IMG/VR virus record: IMGVR_UViG_3300038675_000167 | Coordinates: 1-41,872 of that record | DNA length: 41,872 nt | Reading direction: 5' to 3' (one strand) | DNA from: a virus | Taxonomy: Duplodnaviria; Caudoviricetes | Shown: positions 1-8,475 of the stretch, in pieces | Layout: each line of letters begins with the position of its first letter | Numbering within the stretch: the first letter of the stretch is position 1 | Notes under the pieces: model-generated | The model's input: only the letters and a program-made list of their open reading frames with translations | Told to the model about the DNA's origin: nothing | The model's database searches: none | Translations under genes and position numbers: made by a program

Positions 1-438
1 TGTAATAAATACTAGGGGTACTTCCGGGAAAAGTGCCTTTAAAATAAGTGCATTAGAAATAACACAGATTGAAGAAACAAATCCAATGATTACAATTTCC
101 TCATACTGTTTCATATCAATAGTCTGCCACTTATTATAACCAAATTGGTTTTTAAGTAGTTTGCGAATATAGGGATAATTTTCTCTTACTCGCGCGCGAG
201 AATCAATTTCCCAATCTTCTGTACCATATTGAGTATGAACAATAGGAAGATTTTTACCTTCCTGTGTTTCTAAATAATTTTCATAGTGCGTATCTTGTGT
301 TTGATAAATAAACCACGCATTATCTACTGCATACTTAACTACTTCTTCAACTATTGGCATTGCTTCTTGCGCGAATGGATTCGCGAGAGAACCATCAATA
401 AATCCTTTTTGAGTATCAATTTGTACAAGAGCTTTCAT
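1..438 (-). CDS. Isochorismatase/nicotinamidase-family cysteine hydrolase (3' end truncated by window edge)
   Basis: Manual translation from ATG at 438: MKALVQIDTQKGFIDGSL...QDTH...HTQYGTEDWEI...IIGFVSSICVISNALILKALFPEVP. Has the DxQ Asp, DTH/H metal ligands and GxxxxxCV catalytic Cys of the PncA family. Missing from the ORF track because no stop lies in the window. Confidence 0.85.
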   Translation of the reverse strand, partial: MKALVQIDTQKGFIDGSLANPFAQEAMPIVEEVVKYAVDNAWFIYQTQDTHYENYLETQEGKNLPIVHTQYGTEDWEIDSRARVRENYPYIRKLLKNQFGYNKWQTIDMKQYEEIVIIGFVSSICVISNALILKALFPEVPLVFIT

Positions 439-470
439 ATTTAAATTCTCCTTCTTCTTTTTCTATATAT

Positions 471-499
471 ATTATAACAAAATTTTTAAAAAATATCAA
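471..499 (-). promoter_or_regulatory. sigmaA-type promoter of the hydrolase gene
   Basis: Minus strand TTGATA (499-494), 17 bp, TATAAT (476-471). Confidence 0.7.
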
Positions 500-551
500 G
501 TATATGAAATCACTATTAAATGTGTTATTTACTATTTCCACTACTAAATAT

Positions 552-580
552 TTGACACAAATGCACTTTTATGATATAAT
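552..580 (+). promoter_or_regulatory. sigmaA-type promoter of the helicase gene
   Basis: TTGACA (552-557), 17 bp, TG-extended TATAAT (575-580). Confidence 0.8.
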
Positions 581-597
581 TATAAAGGGTGATGAAG

Positions 598-1983
598 ATG
601 GAAACAAAATTATCTACCACGACAGTATCAGATTTACATACATCGGGAGATTTAAATTTTTCACGCGGGAAATATAATATTCTAGATTGTGGGGTTCGTA
701 CTGGGAAAACATATTGGGCAGTTCATAATTTAATATAGTATACGCGCGATAATCAAAATCGTCGTATCTTATTCCTAACTGATACTACCTTCTTAAAAAA
801 TGATATAATAAACGCCTATCCAGAAATATGTTGTGACGCGGATGAAATGTGGGTACGCGAACCAGGAACTTGGACAGCAGAAGAATGTAATAAAATTGGT
901 ATTATGTGTTATCAAGGATTAGGTATGAAAGTTTTAAAAGAAGAAACATCTTTTCTTGAAAACATTGATGTAATATGTTGGGATGAATGTGATAGTATAT
1001 TTGATTTTGCCGCAACAGCATTTCAAAAAGCACGTCATAGTGATTTTGCGCGCAAATCTAGTACAAACAACGAAATCCTATCCTTAATTCAACAACATTC
1101 TTCGCGCAAAGAATATATGCCACTAATTTTACTTGGCTATTGGGAACGTATTATATACGAAGGACGCATATTATGTATAGGTTTATCCGCAAGTCCAGAA
1201 CGAGCGCGACAATATTACGCTAGCTTAACAAACGCAAGTAATAAAGGTAAAATTGAAACAAGTTTTCGTGCGGCATCAGACATATATTTTAAAAATGTAA
1301 TCGACCATATACATGAACTAGAACCTTTACCTGGTGTAGCTTATTGGTGTTACTCTCCATCAATAACTCATAATCAAAGTATTGTTCGCGCGGGAATTGA
1401 ACAAGGTTTTAACGCGATTGAAATACATTCAGAACAAAATACAGATTGGCCGCTAGATGATGAACAAAAGCGCGTAATTAATTGGATACGTACTTTTCAC
1501 CTAGTACCTCCCGAATATGATTTTGTTGTAATTACAAAAGCATTTGAACGTGGTTTTAGTATTGAAGATGAACGTTTCAAACATCTAATAGTTGATTCTT
1601 TTTACTAGTCTGATAGAATACAAGCTGCACGTCAAACATTTCCGTATCAGCGTCACGTTAAAACCCTAATATCTGAAGTTCCAGCTGAATTTAAAGATAA
1701 ATGGCTAACAGTACAACAATGCCGCGAACTTGCAGAATATATGGAAGTACCAGAAATAAACTTATCCAACAATCGTAATCAATCGCGCATAATGACATGG
1801 AATAAATTACAAGAAGTATTACCATCTGTAGGCTATACAGTAGAAAAAGCGCGAAAACGCATAAATGGTAGTACAAACGCATTAAATTGTTATAAAATAA
1901 GCGGAGAATGGCGCGAAGCAGAAGTTGTTGGAGATAATAATTTCTTTACATTAGTTGCAGCTAAATCTTTGGAAGATGAATAA
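598..1983 (+). CDS. SF2 (DExD-box) helicase-like protein, about 461 aa, two in-frame TAG read as sense
   Basis: One frame: Walker A GVRTGKT before TAG 736-738; WDECD, SAS and TKAFERGFSI motifs; motif-VI-like DRIQAARQ after TAG 1606-1608; ends TAA 1983. Joins track ORFs 847..1608 and 1741..1983. Confidence 0.8.
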
Positions 1984-2617
1984 TCTTCCTCTTTTTTTTA
2001 TGTTGGGGAAAATAAAAAACAATAGAAATGAAATAAAATAGATACCTCTAAAACTGAATAAAAAAGAAAGGGAAGTAGGAGAGGTAAGAACGGGCAATTT
2101 TTTACTATATAGTAATTTTTTCCGGTAGGAAATTTTTTGTGGAAAAAATTTGGTAGTATATAATATGGGGTAGTGCAAAATTTCAAGTGAAAGTCAATTG
2201 TTGGAAGGCGTCAAATACAATTTTTTTCTTAATATTTGACTATTTTTTAGACCTTGCACTACCATTTTTTTGTATGTTTTATGCATAATTTTGTATATTT
2301 TTCCAGCTTATAAGTCCAACCTTTCTCCAGATGCAGCCGCTTCGCGGCAGCACGGAAATATAATTACTCGTAATGCGCTTCGCGCATTACTCGTAATTAT
2401 ATTTATATTATATATATATTATCTTTTTTTAATAAAAAAAGTGTGTTTTTTTTTGAGTACTCTATATGTACCCTAGGGGGTACTCAAAAATGCACACAAA
2501 ATTTTTACTACAAATTTTTTGTAATTTTTCGCGGCGGAATATCAAGTTGCAGCTTTTTAAATACTTGACATTAATTAAATTTATGATAAATATATTTATA
2601 TTTATATTTCCCCTTTT

Positions 2618-2646
2618 ATTATAAAATAATTTTTATTTTTTGTCAA
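2618..2646 (-). promoter_or_regulatory. Consensus sigmaA promoter (leftward), copy 1
   Basis: TTGACA (2646-2641), 17 bp, TATAAT (2623-2618). Confidence 0.7.
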
Positions 2647-2746
2647 TAAAAAAATTTTTTAAAATTTTTTCCAGCTTTTTTCGCGTGTCAAATATTTGAC
2701 AGCAAACCCAGCTTGTGGTAATATTTATATTTATATTTCCCTTCTT

Positions 2747-2775
2747 ATTATACTCCAGCTTTTCCAGCTTGTCAA
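2747..2775 (-). promoter_or_regulatory. Consensus sigmaA promoter (leftward), copy 2
   Basis: TTGACA (2775-2770), 17 bp, TATAAT (2752-2747); near-identical downstream sequence to copy 1. Confidence 0.7.
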
Positions 2776-2973
2776 GATGCAGCTTATTTCAAAGTGCAGT
2801 TTATTTGTCAAATTCTGGAAGCCGCGCCGCATGTCAAGTATTAGATAAAAATAAGTAGTTAGCCGTGACTAACTACTTGACAAAAATTGGAATTTAGATG
2901 TTAAACATCTAAAAGTTCCTATTGACTTTTTTAATAAATATGATATAATACTATTGAAAGGAAGGGATGGAAA

Positions 2974-3168
2974 ATGTGGGAAGCAAAAACTAATTTCTAT
3001 GTTAAATGGTCAGGAGAAACTATTTGGGGTGATGAATATTCCGATGTTGCTTACTATGAAGATAAAGAAAAAGCACTTGAATTTTCTGTTAGTTTAATGA
3101 AGAAAAATAGCGTAAAATTTATTAATTTGGAAGAATCTACAATTTGGAGAAGAAAGGAAGAAAAATAA
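2974..3168 (+). CDS. Hypothetical protein (cassette 1)
   Basis: Promoter TTGACT (2922) with TGATATAAT, purine-rich RBS, 64 aa. Confidence 0.75.
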   Translation: MWEAKTNFYVKWSGETIWGDEYSDVAYYEDKEKALEFSVSLMKKNSVKFINLEESTIWRRKEEK

Positions 3169-3169
3169 A

Positions 3170-3376
3170 ATGGTTACTATTGAATGTACTAATGATGAAT
3201 GGCCTATCTATGAAGCATACAGCATGGGGCGCGGATTGCTTTTCCATCTTTTCCGTGGCGGCTGGCGTCGTACATATACTGGCCCCAATGGTGAAGATAT
3301 ACAAGTATATCGCGTGTGGGGCTGTGATGTGGAAAAGTTGCGCTGGCTTGTTGCTGAAAGCGGTCTTGGTAAATAA
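3170..3376 (+). CDS. Hypothetical protein (cassette 1, second gene)
   Basis: Starts 1 nt after the previous stop; TAA lies in the hairpin GGTCTTGGT-AAATA-ACCAAGACC. Confidence 0.75.
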   Translation: MVTIECTNDEWPIYEAYSMGRGLLFHLFRGGWRRTYTGPNGEDIQVYRVWGCDVEKLRWLVAESGLGK

Positions 3377-3498
3377 CCAAGACCATATATTTTTAGATGT
3401 TTAACATCTAACTTTCTCTATTGACATTTCTATATACTTATGATATACTCTATTCATAAAAGAGGAAGGACACCTCATAAACCAGAAAGGGAATTAAG

Positions 3499-3801
3499 AT
3501 GAAGGGAACTGGTATTGTACGCACGGTAGATGAACTGGGTCGAGTAGTTATCCCCAAGGAACTGCGGCGAAACCTGAATATCAAAGAGGGTACGCCGCTG
3601 GAAATGAGTATTGAAGGTAATAAATTGTGTATGGCCAAATATACTCATGGCCCGGTGCTTGACGCAGTAGATGATTTACGCACGGCCATGTTTAATTTAG
3701 AGCATGAATCGTATTCTTCTGATGAGATTTTTTCTGCGGAAGATTACAAGGCACTGCAAATTATTAAAAATAAGATTGAAAAGTATGATATGGAGCAGTA
3801 A
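3499..3801 (+). CDS. AbrB/SpoVT-family transcriptional regulator
   Basis: N-terminus MKGTGIVRTVDELGRVVIPKELRRNLNIKEGTPLE closely matches the AbrB swapped-hairpin signature (TGIVRKVDELGRVVIPIELRR). Confidence 0.9.
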   Translation: MKGTGIVRTVDELGRVVIPKELRRNLNIKEGTPLEMSIEGNKLCMAKYTHGPVLDAVDDLRTAMFNLEHESYSSDEIFSAEDYKALQIIKNKIEKYDMEQ

Positions 3802-3847
3802 GCTCCATATTATGTTTAGATGTTTAACATCTAAAATAAAAAGGCGC

Positions 3848-4009
3848 TTATTCCGCGCCTTTGGGCATGCCTGTGATAATATATTTTTTGCCACAGTAGG
3901 GACAAAAGACAATATGCCCCTTCTCTTTTTTCTTATTAAGGGCGGGCAAGGTTTGGTCATAATGAAGCTTGAAAACTTTTTCACAAAAGATACATTTCAA
4001 AGTCACCAT
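3848..4009 (-). CDS. Small zinc-ribbon protein, 53 aa
   Basis: Manual translation MVTLKCIFCEK...FCPYCGKK...GAE*; two CxxC motifs; TAATG overlap with the upstream gene. Confidence 0.7.
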   Translation of the reverse strand: MVTLKCIFCEKVFKLHYDQTLPALNKKKEKGHIVFCPYCGKKYIITGMPKGAE

Positions 4010-4161
4010 TATTCTTCCACTTCCTTTCCCTTATGCTTGGGCGGCTTGCGGCGCTTGTCAGGAATCACCTTGGTCACAGGGGAGATTGCGCCCCAATCCT
4101 TACGAATACTGCGATAAACTTCGTAATTAGTGCGGGGTTTTGCTTTACTCTTTTTGCTCAT
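4009..4161 (-). CDS. Small basic protein, 50 aa
   Basis: Manual translation MSKKSKAKPRTNYEVYRSIRKDWGAISPVTKVIPDKRRKPPKHKGKEVEE*; RBS and promoter upstream. Confidence 0.7.
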   Translation of the reverse strand: MSKKSKAKPRTNYEVYRSIRKDWGAISPVTKVIPDKRRKPPKHKGKEVEE

Positions 4162-4262
4162 TTCTATCCCTCACTTTCAAATGTATTATAGCATGACTTG
4201 GACGAGAAGTCAATAAGAAAATTTAGATGTTAAACATCTAATGTAGGAAGGGCGCGAAGCCC

Positions 4263-4502
4263 TTACCCGGCAAAGTAATCATACTTATCCAGAATTTCGC
4301 ACATGGCTTTAACGATGGGATTTTCTTCTTCTTCCTCGTCTTCGTCCTCGTCTTCTTCCTCATGGCAATACAAGGTAGTAATCGCACGGGACAGTTCATC
4401 AACTTCTGCGGCGGTGGGGTTTTCAGAAGCGCACATGATGGTAATGGCATAGGCGATAGCGTCCATGATGCAGTAAGTAGTTTCAGCAGTAATCTTTTTC
4501 AT
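4263..4502 (-). CDS. Small acidic hypothetical protein
   Basis: Start moved to MKKITAE after RBS AGAAGGAG; EEEDEDEDEEEEE tract. Confidence 0.75.
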   Translation of the reverse strand: MKKITAETTYCIMDAIAYAITIMCASENPTAAEVDELSRAITTLYCHEEEDEDEDEEEEENPIVKAMCEILDKYDYFAG

Positions 4503-4621
4503 CCTAATTCTCCTTCTGGTTTTAAAGTGTTTTCCTTCACTTGATGGGTATAGTATAGCATATGTGAGAGAGAAAGTCAAGAATGTTATTTAGATGTTTA
4601 ACATCTAATAAAAGAAGGGGA

Positions 4622-4960
4622 TTACTCCCCTTCCTCCTTCTTCTTTTCTTCCCGCGCTTTCTTATCACGGGTAATCTTTTCTTCCTTGGCCTTTGCCTTT
4701 TCGGCCTTGGCGGCCTGCTTTTCGGTGTAGGCATCAATTTCAGTCTGCATCAGTTCGCGGGCGGTCATATCTTCGCGTTCTTCCGCAACAATGACGCCAA
4801 CACGGCAGTAACGCTCTACGCCGTTCTTATCGGTCAGGATAACGCCGTATTGACGGTCATTGATTTTCTGATAGGTAAGGCTGGCTTCTCCATTGATTAA
4901 ATCGCCGAAGATAGTCCCACGCAGGTCGGCATCCACAACGGTCTTAGAAATCTTAGGCAT
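4622..4960 (-). CDS. Hypothetical protein with Lys/Glu-rich C-terminal helix (probable paralog of 7386..7811)
   Basis: Own promoter, RBS and terminator; DKNGVERY vs DKEGNEKW and similar charged tail. Confidence 0.8.
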   Translation of the reverse strand: MPKISKTVVDADLRGTIFGDLINGEASLTYQKINDRQYGVILTDKNGVERYCRVGVIVAEEREDMTARELMQTEIDAYTEKQAAKAEKAKAKEEKITRDKKAREEKKKEEGE

Positions 4961-5094
4961 AATCTCATTCCTTTCTGGTTTGGTAGGTGTCCTTCCTATT
5001 TACAGATAGAGTATATCATAAAATAGGAAGGAAGTCAAGAATTGTTTTTAGATGTTAAACATCTAATTTGGAAAGGTTAGATCACTCTAACTTC

Positions 5095-5394
5095 TTACGC
5101 GGGTGTAAAACCATGTTGTAAAAACCATTTATAGCATACAAAGTCAGGAATTGATTCAAATTCTTTCAACATTTCATTATAAGCCTTAAGAAGATTTTTC
5201 TTTTTTTCTTTTGTATCAGCGTCATAAAATTTTTCAACGCCTTTATCATCCATACCCCAAGCGCAAAGAACAATATACGGAAAATGTCCATTATAAGTTA
5301 CTAAAGCTAATTTAAGTTTTATTTCATTATTGGGATAGTTAGGACACCAATCGTCTGTTACTTTAATCATTTTTTCAACTCGCTTAAAGCCCAT
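5095..5394 (-). CDS. Hypothetical protein
   Basis: Fills its cassette; RBS GGAAGGGGA; start ATG 5394 or TTG 5400. Confidence 0.75.
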   Translation of the reverse strand: MGFKRVEKMIKVTDDWCPNYPNNEIKLKLALVTYNGHFPYIVLCAWGMDDKGVEKFYDADTKEKKKNLLKAYNEMLKEFESIPDFVCYKWFLQHGFTPA

Positions 5395-5498
5395 TTTCAA
5401 ATTCCCCTTCCTTATTTTCTATATATATTATATCATACTATTTGAAAATTGTCAAATTATAATTTTAGATGTTAAACATCTAAATTAAAAAGGGAGAA

Positions 5499-5693
5499 TT
5501 ATTCTCCCATAATTTCTTCTGAAATATTCATCCAGTCAGAATATATTCTGTAAGAAAGGACATCTTCCGCTTCGATGAATCCGCCACAACAACCGCAAAT
5601 CACGCCGAGAAATTCAGAGTCATCAAAGACCCCAATTCCTCCAGTTTCTCCGATTTCAGGGTCATCAACAAAAGCAATCTGTTTATAAATCAT
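5499..5693 (-). CDS. Small acidic protein with ICGCCG motif
   Basis: Start MIYKQIAF after RBS GAGGAG within the upstream gene. Confidence 0.75.
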   Translation of the reverse strand: MIYKQIAFVDDPEIGETGGIGVFDDSEFLGVICGCCGGFIEAEDVLSYRIYSDWMNISEEIMGE

Positions 5694-5694
5694 T

Positions 5695-5883
5695 TTATTC
5701 CTCCTCTGATTCAATCGGGATAATACCGGCGCGGTTAAGAGTATATACACGATACATGTTGGACCTATGCCCGTGCTCGCACTTACAGTCCCACCACTGT
5801 TCCGCGCCTTCATCGGTGAAATTTTCTCCGAAATCTTCTACTTCAAATTCTTCACTACCACAGATAGAGCACTTTTCTTCCAT
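5695..5883 (-). CDS. Small zinc-finger-like protein
   Basis: CxxC ... CxCxH, 62 aa, acidic. Confidence 0.75.
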   Translation of the reverse strand: MEEKCSICGSEEFEVEDFGENFTDEGAEQWWDCKCEHGHRSNMYRVYTLNRAGIIPIESEEE

Positions 5884-5988
5884 TCCCTTTCAACTTCCTT
5901 TCCTTAATTTCATGTATATTATATCATATATCTTAAAGGATGTCAAATATGATTTTTAGATGTTAAACATCTAACATATAAATGCCTC

Positions 5989-6261
5989 TTACACCATAAG
6001 AGGCATTTCTTTTACTGAAATTTTAGCATAAGTTTCTTCTTTGAAAGTAGTTTGAGAAACGCTATCAATCCAAATATATAATTCGTGATGGCCGATTTGT
6101 TCTTCACGGTGGAAAACTAACTTACTATTATATGGCGGGTCAAATGTTCTTACTAAATCATGCGCGGCGGCAAAAGCTGTTTCAAAAGAAGCACAGGCCC
6201 AGTCAATAGTAGGCTTACATCCTTTGAGTTCACAAATTACAAGATAGATTTTTTCAGGCAT
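5989..6261 (-). CDS. Hypothetical protein
   Basis: Fills its cassette; RBS AAAGGAGAG. Confidence 0.75.
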   Translation of the reverse strand: MPEKIYLVICELKGCKPTIDWACASFETAFAAAHDLVRTFDPPYNSKLVFHREEQIGHHELYIWIDSVSQTTFKEETYAKISVKEMPLMV

Positions 6262-6386
6262 TTTTCTCTCTCCTTTCTTTCATATGTAGTATATCATAGA
6301 AAAGAAATAATGTCAATATGAATAATTAGATGTTTAACATCTAATTTCTTCCAAAAAAAGAAAACCGCCTTTCGGCGGTTCCCAGA

Positions 6387-6731
6387 TTATTTCAGACGGT
6401 AGGTGTTAGGCTTGCCCTCGATTTTGACAACCTTATCCGCCCAAGTATGGGTCATGCCATACTGCACCTTACCCTTGCCGAAACCTTCGGGAAGTTTTTC
6501 TTCGGCCTTGGCGTAGATGTCCGCAACGGTCAGGGGCGCGGTAGTACCGGAAAGCACTTCCTTCACGGCATCCCACGCGGTGGCGTATTCATCTTCCTTT
6601 GCGGCCTTCGCGGTGGCGTTCTTGGTGAGTTCGTCCTCGAATACCTGAATGACTTCCAGGCGTTCTTCTTCGGTATGGGTGGCGGTTCCAGTCAGGAGGT
6701 CATAGGCAGTACGGATAGTAGACAGTTTCAT
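6387..6731 (-). CDS. Putative winged-helix DNA-binding protein (paralog of 7982..8305)
   Basis: C-terminus PLTVADIYAKAEEKLPEGFGKGKVQYGM...VVKIEGKPNTY shows a helix-turn-helix plus wing pattern; fold is inferred. Confidence 0.65.
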   Translation of the reverse strand: MKLSTIRTAYDLLTGTATHTEEERLEVIQVFEDELTKNATAKAAKEDEYATAWDAVKEVLSGTTAPLTVADIYAKAEEKLPEGFGKGKVQYGMTHTWADKVVKIEGKPNTYRLK

Positions 6732-6835
6732 ATTTTTCTTCCTTTCTGGTTTGAAGGGTTTTCCTTCCCTTGATTACGGATTTATTATATCACAGTTTCG
6801 GGAAGTTGTCAAGAGTTTTTTTGAAAAATTTTTTT

Positions 6836-6945
6836 CGCAAGGGACTTGCAAGTGAGGTTTGTTACGGTCAGCGGCTCTTTCATTTACCACGTTGCGGGTC
6901 ACGGTCTGGCAAATCGGGCTGTGTTCTTTTCCTCTCCCTTGGAAC
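6836..6945 (-). ncRNA. Candidate structured small RNA 1
   Basis: Palindrome-linked promoter (-35 at 6980-6975) but no RBS-led ORF; transcript begins GUUCCAAGGGAGAGG; CAAGGGA/UCCCUUG closing stem and AUUUGCCA/UGGUAAAU internal stem. Confidence 0.4.
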
Positions 6946-7030
6946 AATTATATATTACCACAACTCTAAGAAAATGTCAATTATATATTTTAGATGTTAA
7001 ACATCTAAATAAAATAACCCGCTATGCGGG

Positions 7031-7285
7031 TTAATATTCGATGTCGATATATACGGTTTCACCAAACAGGTAGGGCGCTTCTTTTAAGATTACTTGGGAA
7101 ATTAAAATTTCTTCTTCTTCATAATCTTCATATTCATCAGGAGGAATCATATAGAGCCCAATAGAACAATCGGGGCCGGGAGTATATTGTTCGTTAAATG
7201 TTCCTTCAATGTCTTTCCCAAATTGTTCCTTAATTTTAGAGAATACTTCGTGTCCATCTACATGGGTATGAGTAGTAAGTTTCAT
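7031..7285 (-). CDS. Small acidic hypothetical protein
   Basis: Start MKLTTHT after AAAGGAAG; fills its cassette. Confidence 0.75.
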   Translation of the reverse strand: MKLTTHTHVDGHEVFSKIKEQFGKDIEGTFNEQYTPGPDCSIGLYMIPPDEYEDYEEEEILISQVILKEAPYLFGETVYIDIEY

Positions 7286-7385
7286 AAATCCACTTCCTTT
7301 CATTTGATGTATATAGTATAGCATAACAAAATTAAAATGTCAATCTCTAAAATTAGATGTTAAACATCTAAATAAAAAAGGGCGA

Positions 7386-7811
7386 TTACTCGCCCTTGCT
7401 CATATCAACTTTAACTTTTTTAAGTTCTTCAAGTGCGGCTTTCGCTTCACGCACTTTTTGCTTTTCTTCGCGCTTCTTTTCCTTTTCCTTTTCGGCGGCT
7501 TCTTTCTTCGCGGCGGATTTAGCTTTCTTCGCGGCGGCTTCCGCAAGGTCGGCGGCATAGTCATCTGCGGCGGCGTTACCATCAAAAGGAATATAACCGC
7601 CGTTACCATCACGGGTTCCACGCGGGGTCGCAACCTTAACGGTCGGCCACTTTTCATTTCCTTCTTTATCGACAAGCGGCAAAGTGATTTCACCGGAAGC
7701 GATGAAGCGGATTTGGGTTTCAGGGTCAAGGTCAAAGTGTTCAGACAGCGCATTGATTACGACTTCAAGAATCTCATTCCGCAGGGCGGTTTCAAGACTG
7801 GCTTTACTCAT
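7386..7811 (-). CDS. Hypothetical protein with Lys/Ala/Glu-rich C-terminus (probable paralog of 4622..4960)
   Basis: Start MSKASLE after GAGAGGAAG; stop in hairpin AAGGGCGA-TTAC-TCGCCCTT. Confidence 0.8.
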   Translation of the reverse strand: MSKASLETALRNEILEVVINALSEHFDLDPETQIRFIASGEITLPLVDKEGNEKWPTVKVATPRGTRDGNGGYIPFDGNAAADDYAADLAEAAAKKAKSAAKKEAAEKEKEKKREEKQKVREAKAALEELKKVKVDMSKGE

Positions 7812-7981
7812 TTTAGCACTTCCTCTCTTCAAGTTCATATAAAGTATATCATAAATTTGAAAAAATGTCAAGAGATATTTTTAGGAAAATTCAAAAAAAT
7901 TTTTATACAGAATTTTGTATATTTATGTGAAAATGAAATTAGATGTTTAACATCTAAATTTCCCCAAAGAGAAAAGAGGGC

Positions 7982-8305
7982 TTACGCCCTCTTATACTCA
8001 TTGACCTTGCCTTCGATTTTCACCACATCGGCGGCCCACAGTTCGCGCAGAGCATACTGAACCTTGCTCTTGGTCAGACCTTCGGGCACGGCGTCCTTCA
8101 CGGCTTCCCACAGTTCCGCAAGCGTCACGGGCTTGTCGGTCAGGGCACCGATAACCACTTCACGGGCGGCGGCATACAGTTCGCGGTTCGCCTGCGCCTT
8201 TTCGGCGTTCTTGTCGAGTTCGGCCTGGAGTTCGGCGTATTCGGCGGCGAGTTCGGGCACGTTCTTCAGGTAGTTAGCAATAGCGACCAGAGTGTTCTTC
8301 TTCAT
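7982..8305 (-). CDS. Putative winged-helix DNA-binding protein (paralog of 6387..6731)
   Basis: PVTLAELWEAVKDAVPEGLTKSKVQYAL...VVKIEGKVNEY aligns ungapped with the 6387 protein. Confidence 0.65.
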   Translation of the reverse strand: MKKNTLVAIANYLKNVPELAAEYAELQAELDKNAEKAQANRELYAAAREVVIGALTDKPVTLAELWEAVKDAVPEGLTKSKVQYALRELWAADVVKIEGKVNEYKRA

Positions 8306-8411
8306 AGGTTTTTCCCTTTCTGGTTTTTAGGACTTTTCCTTGTCCTTTTCATGTATACATTATAGCACGGTTTGTGCTTAATGTCAAGAGGTTTTGAAAA
8401 AATTTTTTCCC

Positions 8412-8475
8412 GTTCCTTGGGGAGATTTCCGTGGCTTTCACAGTCAAGGGCCTCTTTACCCTCTCCCCTTGGAAC
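8412..8475 (-). ncRNA. Candidate structured small RNA 2
   Basis: Own promoter (-35 ending 8509), no ORF; begins GUUCCAAGGGGAGAGG; GUUCC/GGAAC and GGGGAGA/UCUCCCC stems enclose two small hairpins. Confidence 0.4.

Larger units (their letters stand above)
1984..2890. other. AT-rich non-coding region with hairpins and repeats; candidate replication origin or control region
   Basis: No credible ORF; inverted repeats at 2336-2348, 2361-2399, about 2441-2498 and 2853-2878; 32-bp direct repeat at 2592-2623 and 2721-2752; next to the helicase gene. Confidence 0.45.

Noticed and set aside
1691-2476. Short ORFs 1691..1882, 1951..2178, 1998..2186 and 2270..2476
   Set aside because: Low-complexity F/L/I/Y-rich translations of AT-rich or antisense DNA with no RBS.
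2468-2483. CsoR-like operator GTACCCTAGGGGGTAC
   Set aside because: Resembles TACCC-N4-GGGTA but is a single copy inside a larger inverted repeat with no copper gene nearby; not enough to call.
8412-8475. Hammerhead ribozyme or tRNA
   Set aside because: Multi-stem fold but no CUGANGA core and no tRNA T-loop or cloverleaf.
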